Shown: positions 9,785 through 21,070 of the stretch, piece after piece | Numbering within the stretch: the stretch's first letter is position 1 | Layout of the letters: each line of letters starts with the position of its first letter | Assembly (NCBI GenBank): GCA_013265495.1 | Contig: MU058584.1 | Location: forward strand, 4,966,508-5,030,507 | Source of the DNA: Vicugna vicugna | Lineage: Eukaryota | Direction of reading: 5' to 3' | Length of the DNA: 64,000 bases | The notes under the pieces: model-generated | The model's input: the letters and a program-made list of their open reading frames with translations, nothing else | Database searches by the model: none | Told to the model about the DNA's origin: nothing | Program-made: the position numbers and the translations under genes

Positions 9785-11789
9785 ATCTATCTATCTGTCT
9801 CTTGTTATCACACTATCTAAAGTGGTTATGTGATATTAAGAGGTTTCAACCAAACAGTGCATATGACTTTTAACTAATTGACTGGATATTTTGAATCATT
9901 TAGGTAGAACTTGAGTCTACTAATTGTAACTGTGGTTTACTGGATTTTAATCAATCCAAAGAAATAATCTAAGAAGAGATCTCAAAATTTTAATTTTTTT
10001 TTAATGGCCGTGACCCTCTCTTTTGTGCTCCTGTGACATCTTGTACTTAACTTTAACCTACAACTTACCAATTTATATTGAGATTGCTCATTTGCCTGTC
10101 TTTGCTCCCCAACCCCAGTCCTGCAATTAGTCCAGAAACTGATTGTGTGTATTATTCACCCTGGGTCCCCACTGCCCAGTGAATTAGTATTTGTTGGATG
10201 AATGGGAGCAATAACATATATTACATTATTTCCTTCATTCTATTCTTTCATGTTTCTAAAATTATATATAACACAAAATAAACTATTAAAAGGGGGTTTG
10301 ATTCAGCAAACATTTTGGGTACTTGATATAAGACAGGCACTGTGTCAAGCTTAATATATATCGAGATAAGTTAAAACACCATTTCTGTTCCCCAGGAACT
10401 CACGGTCTAGCAGGTGAGACTATAAACGCAAGAAAAGCAATTGCAGTACAGGATTTGGAACAGGTAATAATATTGGCGTGTTCAATAAATAGAAATAACA
10501 TGGAGAAGGGAATAATTATCTTGAGGATGTTCTCTCAAAATGTTTCTGAATTTGTATATAATTATGAATTACTATTAATAATATCTAGACGTACCCTTAG
10601 TTGGTTCGAAGAAAGATGCTGTCACATACTTCCCTCTTCACTAGGCAATTCTTCCACTGTGATTATACTATTTCTAGAGTAGATATTTGATGTAACAATA
10701 CAGTGAGACTAAAACTGTCACTGCATTTTAGCTGGTGAGAAAACTGAGCCACAGAGAGACTGACAGTGTTGGCTAAGAGCACATGGTAGTTGAGAAACTG
10801 AGCCTGATCTCAGACAGTGACTCTCTGTGATATCCCAGCCTCGGGAAGGAAGGCGACAGTGTACGAGTGTTTTTTTTCATTGCAGTATAGTTGATTTACA
10901 ACGCTGTGCCTATGAGTCTTCTTAGAATGGGTTATGACGTAAGTGCTCTCCGAGCACAGCCACATCACCTCCTGAATCTCAGATTTTTAAAGACGAGTTA
11001 GAAGCATTTGAAGACTATAGCAAGTATGCCACATTTGATTTTTTTCTATGCAATTATTTAAAAAATGTTTTTATTTCATCAAAGTAATACATGAACCTGG
11101 TCAAAAGTTTAAAGAGCACAAAAGGGATGCTAATGAAAATGGATAACCCCCTGCCCTGTTCTTTCCCTTTTCTCATCTCCCACCTCACAGACAACTACTT
11201 TTAACTCTTCGAGCTGATGGTTCTTCTGAATATCATCAATATCTTGTCTCCACTACTTCCCAGGTTATCAGTTTTGGACATTGTCTGTGGCTGCTTCTAT
11301 GACATATGAGGATTTATTTCCCTTCTTCCAAACTCTCCATATATTTATGTTGATATTTTGATTAGTTATGCTTATACATTTATGTAACATACCCATCATT
11401 TGGTTCTTATTCTGTCCACTGTGGACTGTATTTCTTGACTTTCCATTTTGTAAGATCTTTCTGCTGTCAATAGCAAATATTTAAATCGTTTTTCTTATGT
11501 AAACAGCACTCCGTTATTGCTTTGCAAAGGCTAAGTCATTTAACCACATTACAGACTTCAATTAAAGACAAAACAATGGAGACATAGAAAGGCTATATCG
11601 GTCTGTGAGGGGTAGAGTTCAGATCTGAACCCATGGAAGCCTGGCTCCAAGTTCACACTCTTGATGACTAGGCCATGTTGTCTTCCTCTCTTCAGAAGCC
11701 AGTTCCCTGAAGACCAAACCGTATGTAAAGAACCCTTGAAAAGACTACTCAGACCTACATAATGTTTTCATTTAACCAACTTAGTTAAT

Positions 11790-12500
11790 TTATTAGTTTA
11801 TTCATTCAATTAGTATACACTTGTTGAAGTCTACTATGGCCTTGGAGCTGTAACTGTGAGCAGAACAAAGTCCCTGCTTTCACAGAGCTTACATTCTGGT
11901 AAGACGTGCCTTCCACCTTCCATTTCTTTCCCCATGGTTGTTTTTGTTTGTTTGTTTGTTAGTTTTACCTACTCATTCAACCAACAGGTGCATATTGTGT
12001 GCCTAATGTAGTCCAGACACTTTGCTGGGCACTGAAACTCATGGTGAAACCAGACACAGCCCTTCCCTTCAAGGGCCTTACACAACTAAGCAGGCTGTTT
12101 CAGCAACAGAGTGACGTGTGATGACAGGGGAAGCAGGGGGTGTGAAGTTTGAATAAGCAGGAGCAAATCTGTCCAGGTTGCAGCGTATGGAGAGGTTCAG
12201 GACAGGATTCCCCTTTATAACTTGAGACATGAAGGATGATTCAGACTTATCCAGGGGGGGTTAGTGCATTCCAGGTAAAGGAATAAGCACCACATGAAAA
12301 GGCTTGCAGGTAAGAGAAGTCTGGAAGCATTAAGGAAACTAAAGTAGTTTAATATGACTGAGGGACAAAGTGACGGTTAGACAGCAAAGGGAGTGCAGGC
12401 AAAAGGTGAGGTTACAGAGATGGAGGTGATATCACCAAGGGCTTTACCTGCCAGATCAAGAAGTGTGTACTCCATCCTAAAGGTCTTGGGGAATGACACT
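11790..12500 (-). mobile_element. L2 fragments (two 3' ends)
   Basis: 'ttcattcaattagtatacacttgttgaagtctactatg' and 'actcattcaaccaacaggtgcatattgtgtgcctaatgtagtccagacactttgctgggcactg' are antisense L2 3' ends. Confidence 0.7.
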
Positions 12501-15084
12501 GGCTGCCAGGTGGAAAATGGAGTGCCAAGGGGAAAATGGGAGCTGGGGAGCCAATTGGGAAGTGGCTCTGGGACTGGTGATTTCTGACTTGGCCCGGCAT
12601 GCTGTGACACATTTTCCCTTTTCCTCTTGGGTTATTTTCTGCTTAGCTGGGAGCATATTAGCGATGCACGATTGCCTAACTCTGGCAGTGTGGCTCGGCT
12701 GTGCATGCCAAAGCCTCAAGCCAGCAGATCCCATCGCTGCTTCTTTGGCTGTGGGGGGCCATGGTTGGGATGGGAAAAAAATCATCATATTTATGGAAAT
12801 TGCCATATTGTCTGCTTTTTCAATTGGCTGAGCCAAGATTGGATCTGTGGGACCAAAATGGAAGCCAGCCACTGAGAGGAAGGAGAAGGCAGGGCCGAGA
12901 AGCCATCAGCTTGAAATCAGTGGTGTTTTAGAGATCCACAGACTGGCTGTTTTCAGATTTATTCAGTTTCCCAAGTATCTGTCGAGCACCTGTGGGGTAC
13001 AACCAGCACAGGATCCCGTCTGCTGTCATGAAGCCCGTGATTCCGTGGGGAGAGAGCACAGCCACCAAAGCCATTCCCACCTGGATGTTCCAAACAGCTC
13101 AGCGCCGGGCTCGCCTCCTCCCAGAGACCGTCCTGATGTCCCCAGCTCAGGTGATGCCCTTCTCAGGGGCCCACTCAACCCCTGTCACTTCTGTTATTGT
13201 TCATGCTGCCCTGCAATACCAATTTATTTTTTATTTTCTGTCTTACTTAGTAGTCAGGATAGGGACTGCGAATGTGACCTCTATGTACCTAGTACCAGGC
13301 ATGATGCCGGCGACATCACAGTCTTCCGATAAATTTTTGTGGAATATATTCTACATTATACGTATCTCTACTCTAGCAGTTATAGGCATGCAGAGAGAAT
13401 GTATCGATCTGCCCTGGGGAAGGTAGGGAAAGCTCTGATGAAGAGGTGATATAAAAACTGTCCCTTTAAACTTGAGGAGTTGCCAGGAAGGGGAGTGAGG
13501 GGCGGGTGCGCCTGCCACAGGGAACTGTATGGATGAGAAAGCGCAGAGGCAGGGACGTCTGGGCACGTTCAGGGAAACTGCTCGTCTCCGGGATGGCTGG
13601 GGTGCAGAGCTCAGGGTCCCAGAGGGAAGGAAGCTGAGGCTAGACCGAGGCCTCCCAGAGCGCCATGCCAAAGGGAGGGATTTTCAACAGAGAGCCCCAG
13701 AGAGCCGCACGATCAGATTTGAGGTTTAGAATCCACTTGGAAGAGCACAGAAAATGGTTGAAGGTGGAGGGAAATAGTGAGGCGAACATTGCGTCAGGTT
13801 GGAAAAGATGGGTTCAGGCTGGGGAAGAGGGTAGCCTGCATTAGGCTGTGGCCATGGGACTAGGAGTAAGGGGGCTCGAGACAGAACTAGAATGGCTCGG
13901 TTATCAACTGCATGTGGAGAATAAATTAGTTGGACGAGTTGAGACCACACTGAGTTTTCCAGCTCAGGCCACTAGTTAAGAAACAGCACAACTGACTGGT
14001 AAGATTTTAGCTTAACTTCTGGTCACTTATAGACTCTGAAGTAAAGAAACAGTACCAAAGAAGAGATGCAGAGAAGGAGAGGCCTGGGGAGAAAAAAAAA
14101 AATCTCATTATCAGCCTTAATAATCAAGTGATTCAGGCTAAAAGCCCAAACTACATTTTTATTCCCTTTTGACAGACAATCTCTTTTTTTTACAACGATG
14201 AAGTAAAAATAAGACAGTATCTGTGAAACTCTTTATGCCCCTTGGGGAGAGAGGATACGCATAAATGGAATACAGTATCCACCGGATGAGTCACCAGCAT
14301 TATTTTAAGAGGAATTTGTCACATGGCAGTGGGAGGCAGAGAGGAGCAGAGAGATGAATCCGTAATGAGAGAAAAAGAGAAATGAGGTGAAAGAAGAGGT
14401 TTTGAGTGGGAATTCGGAGCACCCAGGCAGGACTGCAAAGTGGAGTCTGATGAGAGAGGGTGAGGGAAGAGGTCAAAGGGAATTTTTTCTTTCTTTGGGA
14501 GGAACTGGTAAAACTTGGGACAGATTGCTGAGGGTGGAAGGCCAGAGGAGTGACCTGGAGTTAATATTTTGGAAGCTAGGAAGGAAAATGGGAAGACTCT
14601 CAGCCGAGAGGAAGTTGCCCCCCACCTCCCGCCTCCTCCAATCCTCCCAGAAGACATTTTGATCGAACACCAGCGAGGTCTGTTGATTTCCTTTCACACT
14701 GTGTTGCCCAGAGTAATTGCTAAGGCTGTACAATTTGCTTCCTCCTGAAACTCGTGATTTCTCTCATCAAGGTGGAACTGCTGAATTGGTGAATGAGATA
14801 TTTGGAAAGAGGTTTTCACATTCTAGAGTAAGGAAACAAAAGGCCACTTGGCTAGACTGAGATTATCTCAATCAGGAGCACTGGGTGCTGTGCGAGGGAA
14901 AAGTGGGTTCCCACCTCTCTGGAGGCTGGACAGGGGAGACGGGTGGGGGGAGAGGTGGTTGGGGGAGGGCGGTATTGGCAAATTAACCCATCACAAGCAG
15001 TGGGTGAAAGAGACGAGGGAGGGAAGGTCATGGGGTCGCTCCCTCCCTCTCTCTCTCCTTCTTGCTCTCTGGGGTAGACACTGG

Positions 15085-15295
15085 TATGGTTAGGAGCTTT
15101 AGCTCCGCCGGCATTTGTGTACTGGCTTTACCGCTTACTATACAGGCGACCAAATTCTTCAATTCCTCTGCGCATTAGGTTGCATCATTTGTAAAATCAG
15201 AACAAGAACAGTGCTGACTTCCTAAAATTATTGTGTTAAAGCACTTCAAACAGAGCCTGGCACATAGTGAAGACTCAGTAAGTGAAGGCTTTTAT
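15085..15295 (+). mobile_element. MIR
   Basis: 'catcatttgtaaaatcagaacaagaacagtgctgacttcc...gttaaagcacttcaaacagagcctggcacatagtgaagactcagtaagtg'. Confidence 0.75.
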
Positions 15296-15489
15296 TCTCC
15301 CTGGTGGGTAGGATGCGATAGGAGGCAGTGAAATAGAGGGCAGGTGGGAATGGAATGGATCAAACATCTGCAAGATTTCCTGGAAACTGACACTCACTGG
15401 TTGAAACTTCTGTCCCCATCATTTAGGCAAAGCTGGGTTTAATTTTCTGTTTTCTTAATAATTGCATTGAATGCATCAAATCATATAGT

Positions 15490-15760
15490 GTTCTATGGGA
15501 AATTTGTACCATGAGAGCCTGTATTTGAAAAAGATACTCTAGTCAAAGGTGTTTAGGAAGTGATCATACCCATCCTCCTCCTCTTGGAGAATCATGGTGA
15601 CATAACTTGTCAAAGTCTCTGAAAAAGTGCTATGGAAGAGATAACCATTAAACCCCACTTAACTCAGTGTTTCCTCAGGCTTACCTGAGTACAAAGCTTC
15701 TTTCCATGTACCATTTTTAAGTATGCCAGGAACATCTATTGAGCATAGATTACATTGTTG
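15490..15760. mobile_element. hAT-Charlie-type MITE remnant (MER103-like)
   Basis: 'cttggagaatcatggtgacata...aaagtctctgaaaaagtgct...ttaactcagtgtttcctc' resembles MER103/Charlie non-autonomous elements. Family is uncertain. Confidence 0.45.
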
Positions 15761-16099
15761 ATCAAAAATCTACTCAGACCCATAATCTCAAAAGGACAAA
15801 GCTACAACCCATTTACAGCATCCACACAGTCAGAAAAAAGAGTTTGCTCTGGATTCCCTCAATTGTGTTTCTGTAACTTGTCGGGACTTGGAGTCACATT
15901 TTGGAGATGTCTGTTGTTCTGGGGTGGGTGTGTGTGTATGTGTGTGTGTATTCACATAAGGTGCTCACAGACTCTCATGTTGTTAATTAACCAGGTATTG
16001 CCTAATGTACCTACCTGTCAGCACTCATTGAATACCTACTATGAATGAGATGTCTTTGGGGCCGAAGAAGAATAACTGAAGGATTCTAAACTTCCCTCT

Positions 16100-16455
16100 T
16101 TTGGTGGCTTTGCTTATGCTCTTCGTTGTGCCTGGAGAGTGACATTCTGCCTCCTCTTGGCTCCTTCTCCGGTCATCAGTGTTCATTCATCTCAAATGCC
16201 ACCTTCTCTAAGAAACCTTCCCCTGTCCTTCCCACTGGATCTGATCTGTGGCTTCTCTAAACCTTCAGGACTTTCTTATGGCTTTCATTTCACTCTTCCC
16301 TGAGGTGTAGATATCTGTGAACTTCTTATCCCTCAAAAAAGTTGGAAGCATTGGCCGTAGGGACTGTGTCTTATTCGTCACTGTCGTCCCTGTAGCACCA
16401 ACAACAGGGCTTTCCCGTGGTCTCTGCTCAAATTAGCAGTTGTTGAATTAGAACT
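16100..16455 (+). mobile_element. L2 3' end
   Basis: 'ctcaaatgccaccttctctaagaaaccttccc...agggactgtgtcttattcgtcactgtcgtccctgtagcacc...tgttgaatta'. Confidence 0.75.
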
Positions 16456-19400
16456 ATTAAAAGAAATATAAGGCACAGTCCTGGTCACTTAAGTCATTTA
16501 AGTTGTAGTTGTGGACATGGATATGGACACCATATCCATGAGGATATGGTGACAACAGAAGGTAGAGGTGAATGATAACTGCCCAGTTAATGCAATGGAT
16601 GGAGGATGGCAACACGTTTCTTTCAAAGAACCAGGTCCCATTGATTGGCAGGTGTTGCCTGACTTTCTGCGTTGGGTGCGATCTTGAGGCTACTTCCTGG
16701 CTCAGTGGAAAGAGTGATATGATCAGTGGCTGATGTCTGCCTTGTGTTATACATGCACTAGTGGTGACATGCATTTAGATTATTCAGTGACCACAGTCAA
16801 TGGTGTAAGGGCCTCAGAGAAGCTACAGGTCACTGCAGACTGATTGGAGTTAGGTAGGGAAAGCTTGTGCCATGGGTAAGAAGATTTCAACCAGGCCATG
16901 GAGGATAAGTAGCATTTAAAAGCTAAAGGGGAGAAATGATGTAAGCAAAAAGGTGTGGAGGTATGAGAGACCAAGATATTTGATTAATTTGCCTCTCCCA
17001 CGAGACTATAAGCTCCGTGAAGGCAAGACCCATTTTTGCTCCACTCATGCCCGTATATCAGTGTCTGGCAGAGTACCCGGCACAATACAAACACTTGGCA
17101 AATATGCGCTAGATGAGTAGGGAGTTTAGCTTGGAGACCAGGTAGGAAAGAAGGAGGGAGAAGCAGTGAAGCATGACTGAAAAGGTGACTTAGGAAGTGT
17201 TCATGAGGCTGAAGAATTAGCTTTATCTGACAGTCATTTTGAAGAGTGGAAATTATTTAGGGGACAACTTGAGTTCTGTTGGGATGTCAGTGGTGTTTGG
17301 GTATTATATATATATTTATATATCTCACAGCTGAATTAATATAATTTATCTAGACCATTTCCCATGATTGACCTCATCACAGCATCACATACCTGTACTC
17401 ACACCACTCAGAAATACAAGTCTCAAAATATTGTGGACATCCAGGCAAATCTCTGGGGCTGATCAGCTGAGGTTGAGCATCCTGGGTGCCTCATATGTTC
17501 CATGGACAGACCACTGTCTCCTGCCACAGACAAGCAGATCATTTGAGAGTGGGCTGCGGACAGGACACACAGTGATGAGCAGAGAGACCTGTAGCGTGAA
17601 TCCCCTTCTCTGCCCTCCTGGCACCACTAGGCGGCAGCTCAGTTTGGGAAGAAGATTCATTTCATTCCTCAGGAGGACTTCACGGAAGATCTGTACTGCT
17701 GCGCTTTGAGGCATATCCATGTCGAAATAAACTGAGAGAGAAAAGAGCGGTTATTTGCATCTAAGCCATTACCGTTTCACCTGGGTTAAATGTAGGCCCT
17801 AGTGTTTATTCTTCATTGTAAACAGAGTAGGCAAACTGATTCTTAGTGTAGTGTCATGATTGTTTTAATCATTTTTGTGGTTATTTTTCCTCCCTGATTG
17901 GAATTCCCTGACTTACTGTCTCATTACATTATTCAAATTTTGTGTCATGTTTGGAGAAAATTGTCTTGGGTCTCAGGGAATCAGGAATCAAGATTTTTTA
18001 AATATTTTGACTGACAACAGCAGAGGAACCTAATGGTTAGATTGTCTGCGTTTCATTCACCAACAATCCTTTGATATTTGTCAAAGGAACCTTGCTTTGT
18101 ATGTTTGGATCAAAACTCGTATTTACAGGATTGAATGTGAATATGCTTTTTAGTTATACATTTAGTTTACGTGCCATTTAATAGATTCATAATGTTTAAT
18201 AAAGAAGATATTGAACACAAACATTAAATTAAAAAATGAGTTGCTTAGTACAGTTGTTCTTTCTTGATAATGAGATTGAATACGTTCATGAAAATTCTCT
18301 TAACTGTGCAATGTATTTCTTGATATGTGTATTATACTTCAATAAAAATTTGAAAAAAGGCATTGTTTAGTTTGCTCTCTTTCTTTTATCATGTTTAAGA
18401 CTAGAATCCATTAAAAACACAGAAGAGTTAAATTTGACAAGATGTAGAGGTAGCAGATTATTTGAAAGTTGGAAGATTTAAGGTGGCCAGAAATGAAAGA
18501 AGATCGCTTATTTCTCATCGCTTTCACCTTGAAAAGCTAATTTCATAGAATTGATATAATATTAATCATAATCACCTGCGTGGTTCCAATAATGAGTAGC
18601 TTCATAGTTAAAGATGAAAGATTAAGAGTTTGGAAATCTCTTTCCTCCTAACCAGTGAAGTGTTTCTCCATCTATCTTGTCAAAAGCAAGATCAACCAAC
18701 AGAGGAAAATTGCATAACAATGAAAAGATCCCGGTATATCCTTGATGTATACCCTTGGCACGTTATTTTGATGCCTTGAAAATAAGCAATAGCACCAAAT
18801 ATTTCTGTTTACATATGTCCTTTGTAGAAACATTTGAACTTACATTATTCACTGAGGCTTTATAGCAAAAGGCAGGCGAGAGGAGGCAGGAAGGCAGGAA
18901 TTGTAATGGTTACAAATGCAGAAATAAGAGGGATAAGCAGCTTGCCCCAGGCTGCATAGTCAAGGAACGAATTCAACCCGAGCTCCGGACTCTGGTCCAG
19001 TTCTGTTTCCTGTGTTCTTCAAGTATTCTGTGTCGGATATTTATTATTTGTATAATTAGGTTAGATGCAAATAGGGTTGGTCACCAACCCACCCACAACA
19101 CTCAAGTGTTCATTTCCTATAAACTGGAGCGCTGGGTGTAGTGGGTAGTGGAGACAATGGATAAATCTTTTCTAATTAAATGCCATCTCTTCCTCCAGCC
19201 AGATCCTTTGTTTCCTCAGAAATTGGATGGGATGCATTTTACTAACTTAGAAGCAAAACTACAGTAACTCTTGCATTGATGTTCTCTCTCTAGACATGGT
19301 AAACACTGTGTTTGAAGCTCTGATGGACTTGAAGCTCTGATGACTCAGGTGTGGCACAAAAGTCCAAGTGTAATGATGGGAGTCAAATCATCCTCAGTTA

Positions 19401-19719
19401 GCACAGCTAAGTCAAGGGCGTGTGAATAGAAGGGGCCAAGCCACAAGGTTCAGGTGAACATGTAATGATGTCTACCTCCAGCTAACCAAATTAACATGGT
19501 GTATTGTTTTATGCACAAGTATGTTGTGCTTTTCATTTTTTTATCTTCCTGCTGAAAAAAAATTCATGAGTGATTTCAGTGTTTGCCTTCTGTCCCCCTG
19601 TTTACTGTTAACAGGCTTCACAGCAGATCCTGGGGGAGGAAGTCTATAGGAATTTGCTGCAAGGAACTTAAAACTATTTTGTAAAGATAGCTGCAGATTC
19701 AGAACAGAAAGCCTTGGCT

Positions 19720-19818
19720 GGGGGAGGGTATAGGTCAGAGGTAGAGTGTGTGCTTAGCACAAGGTCCTGGGTTTAATCCCCAGTACCTCCATTAAAAAAC
19801 AAACAAACAAACAAAAAA
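19720..19818 (+). mobile_element. tRNA-derived camelid SINE (Vic-1-like)
   Basis: GGGGAGGGTATAGGTCAGAGGTAGAGTGTGTGCTTAGCACAAGGTCCTGGGTTTAATCCCCAGTACCTCCA plus an A-rich (AAAC)n tail; degenerate Pol III A and B boxes. Confidence 0.85.
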
Positions 19819-20899
19819 TTCAGCAGGAAAACTAAATCAGCCTTTTGTCTCTTGGGTCATAATTGTGTCAAAATGCATTTTTTAAAAAGTTTCATATTAG
19901 GTTTGTGCTGAGTCCCAGTTTGAAGTTGGGGTTGGCTGGCTGCAGGATATTTACTCTCCAGTGGTAACCATGGTGATGACGCTCACCCTCAGCTCCATTC
20001 TCTCTTCTGTCACCTTCTGGAACTCAGGAGAGAAGACTGGAGAGGATATTCTTGCTTGTCTTTCTGAGTAAGTGGTGTGACCCTTGGAGGAAGCACCATC
20101 CTCTGTGTAGCACCGTCTCTGCATTCAGAACTGACAAAGGGACAGACGTGGGGGCTTCATAATAATCTCCTGAATGTGTTTTTGGATGGGGTTGGGGGTG
20201 ACTCATGCTGCCATTGCATTAGACTTTACTTTTCCTTTTTGTTCCTTTCTTTCTTCCCTTGCACTAACTAATATGCTCAGAGCATCCTGGGATCATCACT
20301 GTGTCCATAAGTACATCTGTATATTGGGAAAATTTCTAAGGTATAAAGGAAGAGATAGAAGGAAGGAAACTGTTAAAAAAGTCTCTTGACATTGAGATGA
20401 GCTTAGATGCAAATAAGTAGGTTATTCTTTCCTTGACTGCATTTTATGTGTTCAATTTTTGAGCAAAACCACACTTTTAAAAGGTACAGCTATCCTATGA
20501 TTACACTCATATATCATGCAATTGCTATGAGGACAGGGAGTATATTATGCTCTAGAAGAAGAGAGAGATGGTGATGAATTGGTGTCATCTGTCTTACATA
20601 TTCCTGCCCTTCTAATCTCGACGTTAAATTGGATTTATGTAAGCGTTGGAATTTTTAATTTTTCTGAAACGTGTTTGTGTATGCTTATAGAACAAGGGGG
20701 TTGAATTCTTTAAAGCTGGAGCAAGTGTGAGGAAGCCAAGACGTTGCAACAACATCTCTTATTTTTGTACTACGCAGATCTTGCTGACGTACAGGGCCTC
20801 AAAGAATTAAGAACATGAACTCATTTAAGAGGGACAGAATAATGAAACTTTGTTCAGCGGGATGTGATTTAACTCTTTTTCTTGGAAGGCTGTCTTGGT

Positions 20900-21070
20900 G
20901 TCGTGAGTATGACTCCATGGCACTGGAGTCAGGCAGCCCTAGCCTTGAACTCCAGCTTGCATAATCACTGGCTGTGTGACCTTTAATAAACTGTTAAATG
21001 TTCAGAACTTCATTATCTTTCCCTGTAGATGACCTAAGTTATGGTGCTTGTGGGAATCAAATTAGATGTA
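20900..21070 (+). mobile_element. MIR
   Basis: 'ggcactggagtcaggcagccctagccttgaactccagc...ctggctgtgtgacctttaataaactgttaa'. Confidence 0.7.

Noticed and set aside
12847..13426. 161-aa and 144-aa overlapping ORFs
   Set aside because: No homology or codon pattern; partly overlaps an L2-like 3' end.
19720..19795. tRNA gene
   Set aside because: Degenerate A/B boxes, no complete cloverleaf and an A-rich tail, so it is a tRNA-derived SINE.
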